64,000 bases of DNA from Prorocentrum cordatum (taxonomy: Eukaryota): assembly GCA_963575745.1 (NCBI GenBank), contig CAUYUJ010000298.1, positions 1 through 64,000 on the forward strand, written 5' to 3'. The notes under the pieces are model-generated. The model did no database searches. It had not been told where the DNA came from and worked only from the letters and a program-made list of their open reading frames with translations. Of this stretch, positions 23,470 to 35,624 are shown one piece after another. Position numbers and translations under genes: made by a program. Position 1 is the first letter of the stretch. The number at the start of each line of letters is the position of its first letter.

Positions 23470-24140
23470 CAGACCGAGTTCAGAGCTCTGGATTCAACAG
23501 GCGAACGCGCCTGATTATCCTGAGTGCGATAGATGTGCTTACCAGCACTGTAGCTGCCCTACAGTTCGAGTTAAGTAGAAAATACCGACAACGCGTATCA
23601 AGTTGACTCGAGTAATACAAATAGGTTTGCAGACCTAGCTCGGCTAGCAGACCGAGTTCAAAGCTATGAATTCAACAGGCGAACGCGCATGATTATTCTG
23701 AGTGCGATAGGTGTGCTTACCAGCACTGTAGCCGCTCTACAGCTCGAGTTGAGTAGAAAATACCGACAACGCGTATCAAGTTGACTCGAATAATACGAAT
23801 AGGTTTGCGGACCTAGCTCGGCTAACAGACCGAGTTCAGACCTATGAATTCAACAGACGACCGCGCCTGATCATTATCCGTGCGATAGGCGTGCTTACCA
23901 GCACTGTAGCTGCCCTACAGCTCGAGTTAAGTAGAAAATACCGACACCGCGTATCAAGTAGACTCGAATAATACGAATAGGTTTGCGGACCTAGCTTGGC
24001 TAGCAGACCGAGTTCAGTCCTATGGATTCAACGGGCGAACGCGCCTGATGATTCTGAAAGCGATAGCTGTGCTTACAAGCTCTGTAGCTGCCCTACAGCT
24101 CGAGTTAAATGCAAAATACCGACAGCGCATATCAACATGA
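23470..24140. repeat. Locally amplified 178-bp monomer array inside an F2 copy
   Basis: gaccgagttca recurs at 23472, 23650, 23828 and 24006 (exact 178-bp period) with similar monomers. Confidence 0.9.
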
Positions 24141-27100
24141 CTCGAAACGGCCGTTCCCGCCAGAGTGCTTTTTGGCCTTCAAAGTTACCCGATCGAGCTG
24201 AGATCAAGATTGCGAGCGGAAATAAGATCGAATATCACAGGAAAAAATATTAGAGCTCTAACGAATGTTCAAATTTTGAGAACAAAATTTTCAACCGACC
24301 AAAATTCCGTCGAGATTTTTCTTGCCAACTAGCTCTCCAGCGCGCCGGAATTACTCTTAGCTTCCAGCTAAAACTCGCTAAGGGAAGCTCTACGAGTTGT
24401 TATATATTGTCAGGAAGCTCTGCGAGTCCCCCGGCGGTAAGAAAGGTTGACGGTTCACCGCCGGCGCCCAGTTTCTAGCAATAACTTGCTGGGGGAAGCT
24501 CCACGGGACTGGCGCCGGCGGTGAACCGTCAACCTGGTCACCACCGGGAACCTCGTAGAGCTCCTTGAACCCGTAAGAAAGCCCAGGATCGAAGCGGAGA
24601 GCTCCTGGGAGCTTTCCTAGAAAAACGTAAAATTCAGATTTTTTGGAGTCAACATAATTTCGGTTCCCGGAAGTCAACTAATACTAACACTTGCTCTAGA
24701 GAGCTGAGCTGCTGAGAGAACAAAGTTGATATGCCAATGCTCGGCGTAAAAATCTGCTTTCTCAAAATAAATGGTCAAATATTTTTCAAATATTCGCAAA
24801 ACCACCCAAAAGTTGTCACTTTGTCCTTTCTGGTCGGGTCGACCAACTGGCGCCGGCGGTGAACCGTCAACCTGGTCTCCGCCGGGAACCTCGTAGAGCT
24901 CCTAGCACGCGTAAGAGTGCTCAGCATCAAAAGAGAGGGCTTCTGGAAGCATTTCTGGAAAAAGGGAAAACATGATTTGTTTCATGTCGACATGAAGTTG
25001 GTTGCGCCAAGTGTTTCCATAGTGAAAATGCATCTAGAGAGCTCATATTAAGGCGGTGAGGCCCTCATAGTCGTTTACAGGTGCGAAAAATTTGCTTTCT
25101 CAAAATAAATGGTCAGATATCTTTCAAATATTTGCAAAACCACCCAAAAGTTACCACATTGTCCGTTCTGGTCGGGTCGACCAACTAGCTCCACCCCGCG
25201 CCGGAATTCCTCTAGCTCATCGATGCCGTAGAGCTCTACGAGGTACTAGCTCCACCCCGCGCCGGAATTCCTCTAGCTCATCGATGCCGAAGAGTTCTAC
25301 GAGGTATACCCGCAGCTTCCAGCAAACACTTGCTTTTGAAAGCTCTACGAGTTATAAGTTGCTCAGGGAAGCTCTACGAGTTACTCCGAAGAGCTCTACA
25401 AGGTATTACTATTAAGCTCCCAGCAATAGCTTGCTCAGGGAAGCTCTACGAGTTACTAGCTCTCCGGCGCCCCGGAATTACTCGCAAGCTTCCAGCATTA
25501 ACTTGCTGAGGGAAGCTCTACGAGTTATTGTCCGTTCTGGTCGGGTCGACCAACTAGCTCCATCCCGCGCCGGAATTCCTCTAGCTCATCGATGCCGTAG
25601 AGCTCTACGAGGTACTAGCTCCACCCCGCGCCGGAATTCCTCTAGCTCATCGATGACGAAGAGCTCTACGAGGTACTTGGTAGCTTTCATTAGCAGCAAA
25701 ACCGAGAAAGTAAAGAGACTCTCGGGGACGGGCAAAGTTTCCTGGAGGGCTTCGGGGGGCTCCGCTGGAGCGCTTCGGAAGCGCTGCCAGAATCGCTTCC
25801 ACGCGTGCCTGCATGCACGCAGGCACGCGTGGATGCTTGCCAGCAGCTCTCCCCGACACGTTGCCGGGTCGCCGGCGTTTCTGCGGGGAACGTGGAGCGC
25901 CGTGGAGAAGCTCCTGGCAGGCACCACCACTGTCCAGCTTCTAATCTTAAACTCTTTAGCTCTCAGCGAGCTCCCCGGGAAAAACCCAGAGAGCAAAGGG
26001 CAAACACACCAGATGGCTTCCCTGGCGAGCCCTCCAATGCTCTCGGAAAGCTCGTCTGGCACTGTGGGAAACTTCCCTGCCGCGCTGCTGAAGCGCTGCC
26101 GGAAACGCTACCATGCGTGCCTGCACGCGCGCGGGCACGCACGGAAGCTTGCCGGAAGCTCTCCCGGCCACGTCGCCGGTTCAGGCGAGCTGCTGCGGAG
26201 ATCGTGCAGCGGCGGAGATGGGCTGCTGGCGAGCACAACCACAAGCCGGCTTCCAATCTACAACCCTTTGGCTCTCAGCGAGCTCTCCGGGAACTGGCTC
26301 TCCAGCGCCCCAGAATTACTCTTAAGCTTCCAGCAATAACTTGCGAAGGGAAGCTCTACGAGTTACTCGTGAGCTTCTAGCAATAACTAGCTAAGGGGAG
26401 CTCTACGAGTTACTGGGCGCCGGCGGTAAACCGTCAACCTTTGTTACCGCCAAGGGACTCGTAGAGCTTCCTGACAGTATATAATGTGGAAAGAGATTCC
26501 CGAGAACGGCTAGTTTTTCCCGGAGAGCTCTCTGAGAGCTAGAGGGTTTAAGATTAGAAGCTGGACGGTGGTGGTGCCCGCCAGCGGCCAATCTCCGCCA
26601 GCCCACGATCTTCGCAGCGCCTCGCCTGACCCGGCAGCTGGTCCGGGAGAGCTTCCGGCAAGCGCCCACGCATGCCTGCACGCGCGCAGGCACGCGTGGA
26701 AGCGTTTCTGGCAGCGCTTCAGAAGCGCAGCAAAGGGCCCCCCAGAGCCCCAGAGGAGCTTCCCGAGACCTTCTGTGGGCTTGCCAGGAAAGCTTTTCGG
26801 TGTGTGCCCACTTCGCTCTCTGGATCTTGGACGCTACCAAGTTCCCGGAGAGCTCGCTGTGGGCTAAAGGGTTTAAGATTAGAAGCCGGACGGTGGCGGT
26901 GGCCGCCAGCAGCCCATCTTCGCCGGTCCACGATCCTCGCAGCGACTCGCCTGAGCCGGCAGCGTGTCCGGGAGAGCTTCCGGCGACCGTCTAGGCATGC
27001 CTGCACGCGTGCAGGCACGCGTGGAGACGTTCCTGGCAGCGCTTCGGAAGCGCTGCCGGGGAGCCCCCCAGAGCCCCAGAGGGGCACCACTCGCAGGAAG

Positions 27101-30100
27101 GTTTTCCGGTGTGTGTTCTTCCTCTACGGGTTTTGGACGCTACCAATTCGTCCCAAGCGATTTCAGACCTCACAAGATGAAAATGAATTCAGACCTCTAA
27201 ATGCGACAGGCGGACGTGTCTGATGTCTATCTCTAGGGTAGCTACAGAGCTATGACTTGTAGAGCTTCCCTGAGCTAGTTGCTGGAAGCTTAAGAGTAAT
27301 TCCAGCGCGCTGGAGAGCTAGTTGGCTCGAAATAAAAGAACTGAACTGTTCAAACGTTTGATCGATTGAAAATTTGTGCTCTAGTATTTTTCCCCGTGAT
27401 ATTCGATCTTATTCCCGCTCGCCATCTCGATCTCAGCTCGATCGGGTATTTTTCCTGCCAAAAGCACACTGACGGGATTGGCCGTTTTGAGTCATCTTGA
27501 TACGCGTTGTCGATATTATGTACTTAACTCGAGCTGTAGGACAGCTACAGAGCTGATAAGCACACCTATCGAATTCAGAATTATCAGGCGCGCTCGCCTG
27601 TTGACTCCAGAGGTTTGAACTCGGTCTGCTAGCCGAGCTAGCAAACCTATTCGTATTATTGAAGTCATTTCGACAGACGCTCTCGGTTTTCTGTACTTAA
27701 CTCGAGCTGTAGGGCAAGTACAGGGCTCAGTTTGACAGACATCGATCGTACATCATTCGTCGCGTTCGTCTATTGAACCAAGAGCTCTGAACTCGGCCTG
27801 CTCTTGAGCTAGATTTGCGAAACTATTCGTATTATCCGAATGATCTTGATCTCGATGTTCTGCACTCAACTCGTGCTGGGCAGGGCTACAGTGCTGCGGG
27901 TCACAGATATCGATTTGCACACATCAGGCGCGTCTGCCCGTCGATTCCAGAGCTTGTTCAAACTAGGTTCGCGAAACTATTATGTTATTCGAGTCGATAC
28001 TGTCGGTTGTCTGCACTTAACTCGGGCTGTAGGGGGGCTGCAGAGCTGGGAATTACATGAGTGGATTTGCAGACATCAGACGCGCCCGTCTGTCGCATTC
28101 AGAGGTCTGAACTAGGTTTGATACTCGAACTAATTTGCGAAACTGTTTCTTTTTTGTCAGAGTCATCGTGAGAGGTGTGAAATCGCTTCGGCTGAAAACC
28201 TGATCGTCCTTTGGTGTTTTTTGCACACTATATACTGTTAGGAAGCTCTACGAGGCCCCGGCGGTAACAAAGGTGGACGGTTTACCGCCGGCGCCCAGTT
28301 AAACTTAACTCGGGCTGTAGTGGGCTACACTCGATTTGGAGGTGCTGTCGGTGTTCTGGACTGAAATCGGGCTGAAGGGGGGCTGCAGGGCTGGTAATGA
28401 CAGGAGTCGATGTGCAGACATCAGACCTGTCGCATTCAGAGAAAAAATGTTTACTATAAGACAGAATATTGGTAAGTGCTGTCGGTTTTCCAAACTTAAG
28501 TCGAGATAAGAAGCTCTACGAGTCTCCCGGCGGTAACCAAGGCGCCCAGTAATTCCGGGGCGCTGGAGAGCTAGTTGACAAGAAACATCTCGACAGACCT
28601 TTTGGTGACTTTTGGTAGGTTGAAAATTTTGTTCTCGAAATTCAACAATTCGTTAGAGCTCTAGTATTCTTTCCCGTGGTATTCGATTTCATTTCCGCTC
28701 GCTATCTTGATCTCAGCTCGATCGGGTGCCTTTTACTGCCAAAAGCACTCCTGCGGGATCGGCCGTTTCGGGTCATCTTGATACGCGGTGTCGGTTTTCT
28801 CCAGATAACTCGAGCTTCAGGACAGCTACAGAGCTGGTGAGCACAGCTAATCGATCCAGAATGATCAGCCGCGTTTGCCTGTCCAACCCAGGAGGTCTGA
28901 ACTCGGTCTGCTAGCCGAGCTATTCGTATTATTCGAGTCATCTTGACATACGCTCTCGGTTCTCTGTACTTTACTCGAGCTACAGCACAGATACAGAGCT
29001 GAAACGTACAGAATGCGATTCAGAGTCATCAGTACCTGTTGTCTGTTGAATCCAGAGCTCTGAACTCGGTCTGCTGCAGAATCTAGAATCGCCAAACTAT
29101 TCGTATTGTTCGAGTCATCTTGAGAGATGCTGTCGGTTCTCTGCACTCAACTCGGGCTGTAGGGGGGCTGCATGGCTGGTAATTACTGGAATCGATTCAG
29201 AACATCAGACGCGTCCGCCTTCCGAATCCAGAGCTCCGAACTCTGTCCGCTGCACGAACTAGGTCCGCAAAACTATTCGTATTCTTCAAGTCATGTTGAG
29301 AGGTGCTGTCGGTTTCCTGCACTTCACTCGGGCTGTAGGGAGGCTGCAGGCCTGGAAATCACAGGAATCGATTCAGAGACATCAGACGCGCCCGCCTGTG
29401 GCATGCAGAGGTCTGATCTTGGTGTGATACTCGAGCTAGATTTGCAAACTATTCGTATTGTTCGAGTCATCTTGAGAGGTGCTGTCGATTTACGCACGAA
29501 ACTCGGGCTGTCGGAGAGCTACAGAGCTCGTACAGAAGACCATCTAGAAGCATAGGAGGCGCTCGGCTGTTGCATCCGAGAGGTTTGAAATTGCTTGGGC
29601 TGAAAAACTATTTTTTTCAGTGTATTTACATTATTTTGTCAGGAAGCTCTACGAGTCTCCCGGCGGTAAGAGCGGTTGACGGTTTACCGCCGGCGCCCAG
29701 TCTCGACAGACTTTTTGCTGACTTTTGGTCGGTTGAACATTTTGTTCTTAAAATTTGAACCTTCGATTTTGTTCTCGGAATTCCTCAATTCGTTTAAGAT
29801 CTTGTATTTTTTCCCATGATATTTGATCTTATTTCCGCTCGCCATCTCGATCTCAGCTCGATCGGGTAGTTTTTATTGCCAAACAGCAGGCAGGCGGGAT
29901 CAGCCGTTTCGATTTATCTTGATAGGCGGTGACGGTTTCCTCAAGATAACTCGAGCTTCAGGACAGCTACAGAGCTGGTAAGCTCTTGGTTTTCTGTAAT
30001 TAACTCGAGCTACAGGACAGCTAAATAGCTGATACGTATAGAATCCGATTCAGAATCATCAGTGGCCATTGTCCGTTGAACCCAGAGCTCTAAACTCGGT

Positions 30101-31749
30101 CTGCTGCCCGATCTAGAATCGCGAAACTATTCGTATTGTTCGAGTCGCTTCCGAGATGCTGTCGTTCTCTGGTAATCACTGGAATCGATTCGGAGACATC
30201 AGGCGCATCCATCTGTCGCACCCAGAGCTCCGAACTCTGTCTGCTGACCAAACTAGGTCCGCAAAAGTATTCGTATTCCTCGAGTCATCCTGAGAGGTGC
30301 TGTCGGTTCCCTGCACTTAACTCGGGCCGTAGGGGGGGCTGCAGGGCTGGTAATCACAGGAATCGATTCAGAGACATCAGACGCGTCCGCCTGTTTGTTG
30401 CATGCAGGAGAGATCTGAAATTGCTTGGGCTGAAACACTATTTTTCTCTGCAATTTTTTCCGACATTATATGTTGTCAGGAAGCTCTACGAGTCCCCCGG
30501 CGGTAAGAAAGGTTGACGGTGCAGCTCTCAGGATGACTCGAATCATACAATAGTTTCGCGGACCTAGTTCGAGCAGCAGACCGAGTTCCGAGCTCTGGGT
30601 TCGACAGACGGACGCGCCTGATGTCTCCAAAGCGATTTCTGTGACCAGCAGCACTGTAGCCCTCGCCTTGCACGAGTTAAGTGCAGAAAACCGAGAGCAC
30701 TTCTCAAGATGACTCGAACAATACGAATAGTTTCGCAAACCTAGCTCAGGCAGCAGGCCGAGTTCAGAGATCTCGATTGAACAGACGAACGCGCCTGATG
30801 ATTCCCAATCGATTTCTGTGACTATGAGCTCTGTATCTGCCCTACAGCTCGAGTTAAGTACAGAAAACCGAGAGCGTCTGCTACGATGGGTCGAATAATA
30901 CGAATAGGTTGGCGGACCTAGCTCGGCCAGCAGACCGAGTTCAGATCTGGATCCAACAGGCGAACGCGCCTAATCATTCTGGATCGATTAGCTGTGCTTA
31001 CCAGCTCTGTAGCTGTCCTGAAGCTCGAGTTATCTTGAGAAAACCGACAGCGCGTATCTCGAAACGGCCGATCCCGCCGGAGTGCTTTTTGGCAGTGAAA
31101 GGTACCCGATCGAGCTGAGATCAAGATGGCGAGCGGAAATAAGATCGAATACCACGGGAAAAAATACTAGAGCTCTAACGAATGGTTGAATTTCGAGAAC
31201 AAAATTTTCAACCGACCAAAAGTCACCAAAAGGTTCGTCGAGATTTTCCTTGCCAACGAGCTCTCCAGCGCCCCGGAATTACTCTTAAGCTTCCAGCAAA
31301 AACTTGCTAAGGGAAGCTCTACGAGTTACTTGCTGGGGGAAGCTCTACGAGTTACTAGCTCCACCCCGCGCCGGAATTCCTCTAGCTCATTGATAACGAA
31401 GAGCTTTACGAGGTATAACTTGCTAAAGGAAGCTCTACGAGTTACTAGCTCCACCCCGCGCCGGAATTCCTCTAGCTCATCGATGCCGAAGAGCTCCACG
31501 AGGTACTAGCTCATCCCGCGCCGGAATTCTTCTAGCTCATCGATGCTGAAGGGCTTTACGAGGTAGAACGAAGAGCTCTACAAGGTAAGCTGAAGATCTC
31601 TGCGAGGTACAACTTCCTCAGGGAAGCTCTTCGATCGATAACGACGAGCTCTACAAGGTATTACTCTTAAGCTTCCGGCAACTAGCTCCGGGAAGCTCTA
31701 CGAGTTCCCAGCTAAGGGAAGCTTTACGAGTACGTGCCCAAGATGCATC

Positions 31750-33550
31750 ACTTGGTAGCGTCCTCTTGGTAGCGTCCAAAACCCGGAGAGCAAAGGGCAC
31801 ACACACACCAGTAACCTTTCCTGGCGAGCTGTCAGACTCTTTCGTAAAGCTCTTCTGGCGCTCTGGGGAGCGCCCCTGCCGCGCTGTTGAAGCGCTGCCA
31901 GAAATGTTCCATGCGCGCCTGCACGCGTGTAGGCACGCGTGGAAGCTTGCCGGAAACTCTCCCGGACACGTGGCCGGCTCTGGCGAGGCGCTGCGGGGGA
32001 CGTGGACCGCCGTGGAGGAGCTCCTGGCGGGCGCAACCACCGTCCGGCTTCTAATTTTAAACCCTCTAGCTCTCAGCGAGCTCCCCGGGAAAAACCTGGA
32101 GAGCGAAGAGGCCCTCGGGGGCAGGAAATCTTTCCTAGAGAGCTCTGCGGGGCATCCTTGCAGCGCTTCTGAAGCGCTGCCAGGAACGCTTTCACGCGTG
32201 CCTGCACGCGTGCTGGCACACGTTGACGCGCGTTGGAAGCGCTCCCGAACCCGCTGCCGGGCCCGGCAACCTCTCCGGGGATCGTGCACCGGCGGAGATG
32301 GGCTGCTCGCGGGCACCACCACCGTCCGGCTTCTAATCTAAAACCCTCTAGCTCTCAGAGAGCTCTTCGGGAATCTACGCTTGAGCGTCCCAAACCAAGA
32401 GAGCGAAGAGACCGTCGGGGAGAGGAAATCTTTCCTTGAGAGCTCCGGGGGCCCCCCTGCAGCGCTTCCGAAGCGCTGCCAGGATCGCTTCCACGCGGGC
32501 CTGCACGCGCGCGGGCACACATGGACGGAGCCCCCGAACCAGCTGCCGGGACGAGCGAGGCGCTGCGGCGGACGTGGACCGCCGTGGAGAAGCTCCTGGC
32601 GGGCACCACCACCGTCCGGCTTTTAATCTAAAACCCTCTGGCTCTCAGAGAGCTCTCTCTCCCGGAATGACGAAGAGCTTTACGAGGTACCTCTGGGGGG
32701 CCACCCAGAAGCGCTTCTCAAGCGCTGCCAGGCGCGCTTCCATGCGTGCCTGCGCGCGTGCAGGCACGCGTGGACGCGTGCCAGAACCTCTCCCGGACGT
32801 GCTGCCGGGTCATACGAACTTCTGCGGGGTTTCTGGACCGGCGAAGATGGGCCGCTGGCAGGCACCGACACCGTACCCTATAGCTCTCGGAGAGCTCTCC
32901 GGGAATGTTGAGCTTCGGTGTGGTCTTATTCCCGGAGAGCTCGCTGAGAGCTATAGGGTTTCAGATTGGCAGCGTCCAAAACCCGGAGAAACCGGAGAGC
33001 GAAAGCAACGCACACCGGAAAGCTTTCCTGGCAAGTCGTTGGACGCTCTCGCGATGCTTTTCTGGAGCCCCCCTGCAGCGCTTCTGAAGCGCTGCCAGGA
33101 ACGCTTCCACGCGAGCGTTCACGCGTGCAGGCACGCGCGGTCGCTTGCCAGGCTTTCCCGGACGGGCTGCGAGGTTTTACAGGTCGCTGCGGGGATCCCC
33201 GGGACCGGCGGAGATGGGCTGCTGGCAGGCACCACCACCGTCCGGCTTCTAATCTAAAACCCTCTAGCTCTCAGAGAGCTCTCCGGGAATTAGAAGCCGG
33301 ACGGTGGTGGCGCCTGCCAGGAGCTCCTCCACGGCGGCTCACGTTCCTCGCAGCGACTCGCCCGTCCCGGCAGCCCGTCCGGGAGCGCTTCCGGCAAGCG
33401 TCCACGCGTGCCTGCACGCGTGCCTGCACGCGTGCAGGCCCGCGTGGAAGCGTTCCTGGCAGCGCTTCAGAAGCCCTGCAGGGGGGCCCCCGAGCTCCAG
33501 ATGGGCTTCACGAGAGCGCCCGAGGGCTCGCTAGGAAAGCGTTCCGGTGT
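31750..33550. repeat. Cluster of GC-rich F3 elements, minus then plus orientation
   Basis: Repeated F3 modules (ggcaccaccaccgtccggcttctaatct…gagctctccgggaa) with the CACGCGTG palindromic core. Orientation flips at ~33289. Confidence 0.8.
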
Positions 33551-34417
33551 ACCTCGTAGAGCTCCTCGTTATCGATGAGCTAAGAGGAATTCCGGCGCGG
33601 GGTGGAGCTAGTTGGTCGACCCGGTGACAAAAGAAAGTGTGGTAACTTTGGGTCGGTTGTGCTAGAATTTGAAAGATATTTGACATTTCATTTTGAGAAA
33701 CCAGATTTTTCGCACCTGTAGTGGGTTATGCCGTGTCTGCCAGTGAAATTCCCAGGTCCGTAGGTGCAGTATTACTATCAAAACATTTCGGGGAAACGAC
33801 TTTGGATGAAAACCGAAAAATCGTCATTTTTGAAATTTTTCGGCTCTCGCTTCAGAAGCTTGCTATACGTGTCCGAGGAGCGCTGCGCAAGAAAAGAACT
33901 CTACGAGGTGCCCAGCGGTAACCTGATTGACGGTTTACCGCCGGATCCCAGTACATTCACTTTGCTCTCCCGGTTTTGGACGCTACCAAGTTGAGAATCC
34001 TGTCGGCAATGAAGCCGTCTTCCAATTTTCCCTGAAAGCTCTCTGAGAGCCGAAGGGTTTTAGATTGGAAGCCGGACGCTGGGTGGTCCTGCCATCAGCT
34101 CCTCCATGGCGGTCCAGGGTCCTCGCAGCATTTCGCCCGGGGTCCCACCTGGTCCGGGAGCGCTTCTGGCACGCGTCCACGCGTGCCTGCACGCGTTGCA
34201 GGCCCGCGTGGAAGCGTTCCTGGCAACGCTTTCGAGCCGCTTCAAGGGAGCTTCCCAGAGCTCTCAAGGAAAGATTTCCCGTCCCCGAAGGTCTCTTACC
34301 TCGCAGAGCTCTTCGGCAACGATGAGCTAGAGGACTTCCGGCGCGGGTGAAGCTAGTACATCGTAGAGCTCTTCGGCACCGATGAGCCAGAGGAATTCCG
34401 GCGCGGGGTGGAGCTAG

Positions 34418-35624
34418 TAACTCGTAGAGCTTCCCTTAGCAAGTTATTGCTGGAAGCTTAAGAGTAATTCCGGGGCGCTGGAGAGCTAGTTGGCAAGAAA
34501 AATCTCGACGGACCTTTTGGTGACTTTTGGTCGGTTGAAAATTTTGTTCTCGAAATTCAACCATTCGTTAGAGCTCTAGTATTTTTCCCGTGATATTCGA
34601 TCTTATTCCCGCTCGCCATCTTGATCTCAGCTCGATCGGGTACCTTTTACTGCCAAAAAACACACGGGCGGGATCGGCCGTTTCGAGTCGTCTTGATACG
34701 CGTTGTCGGTTTTCTCAAGATAACTCGAGCTTCAGGACAGCTACAGAGCTGGTGAGCACAGCTAATCGATCCAGAATGATCAGCCGCGTTCGCCTGTCCA
34801 ACCCAGGAGGTCTGAACTCGGTCTGCTAGCCGAGCTAGGTCCGCAAACCTATTGGTATTGTTCGAGTCATCTTGACAGACGCTCTCGGTTTTCTGTACTT
34901 AACTCGAGCTACAGGACAGCTACAGAGCTGATATGTACAGAATCTGATTCAGAATCATCATTCGCGTTTGTCTGTCCAATCCAGAGCTCTGAACTCGGTC
35001 TGTTGCCCGATCTAGAATCGCGAAACTATTCGTATTGTTCGAGTCATCTTGAGAGATGCTGTCGGTTCTCTGCACTTAACTCGGGCTGTAGGGGGGCTGC
35101 ATGGCTGGTAATGACAGGAATCGATTCGGAGACATGAGGCGCGTCCGCCTTTCGAATCCAGAGCTCCGAACTCTGTCTGCTGCTCGAAGTAGGTCCGCGA
35201 AACTATTCGTATTGTTCGAGTTATCCTGAGAGGTGCTGTGTGTTTCCTGCACTTAACTCGGGCTGTAGGGGGGGCTGCAGGGCTGGTAATCACAGGAATC
35301 GATTCAGAGACATCAGACGCGTCCGCCTGTCGCATCGAGAGGTCTGAACTCGGTCTGATACTCGAGCTAGGTTTGCCAAACTATTCGTATTGTTCGAGTC
35401 ATCTTGAGAGGTGCTGTCGATTTACACACGTAACTCAGGCTGTAGGAGAGCTACAGAGCTTGTACAGAAGACTATCCAGAAGCATCGGGGGCGTTCGGCT
35501 GTTGCATCCGAGAGGTCTGAAATTGTTTGGGCTGAAAACTATTTTGTCGACATTATATGTTGTCAGGAAGCTCTACGAGTCCCCCGGCGGTAACAAAGGT
35601 TGACGGTTTACCGCCGGCGCCCAG
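34418..35624 (+). mobile_element. F2 element, full-length (1207 bp), inserted at the CTAG^T site of an F1
   Basis: 5' T-AACTCGTAGAGCTTCC. Subterminal GGAAGCTCTACGAGT, then hairpin CCGGCGGTAA…TTACCGCCGG and end CGCCCAG. Flanks rejoin as ggtggagctag|ttggccgaccc. Confidence 0.9.

Noticed and set aside
34418..35624. Classification of F1-F3 as MITEs or SINEs
   Set aside because: The 3' inverted repeat is subterminal, empty sites show no TSD, and I saw no poly(A) tail or tRNA-like A/B boxes.
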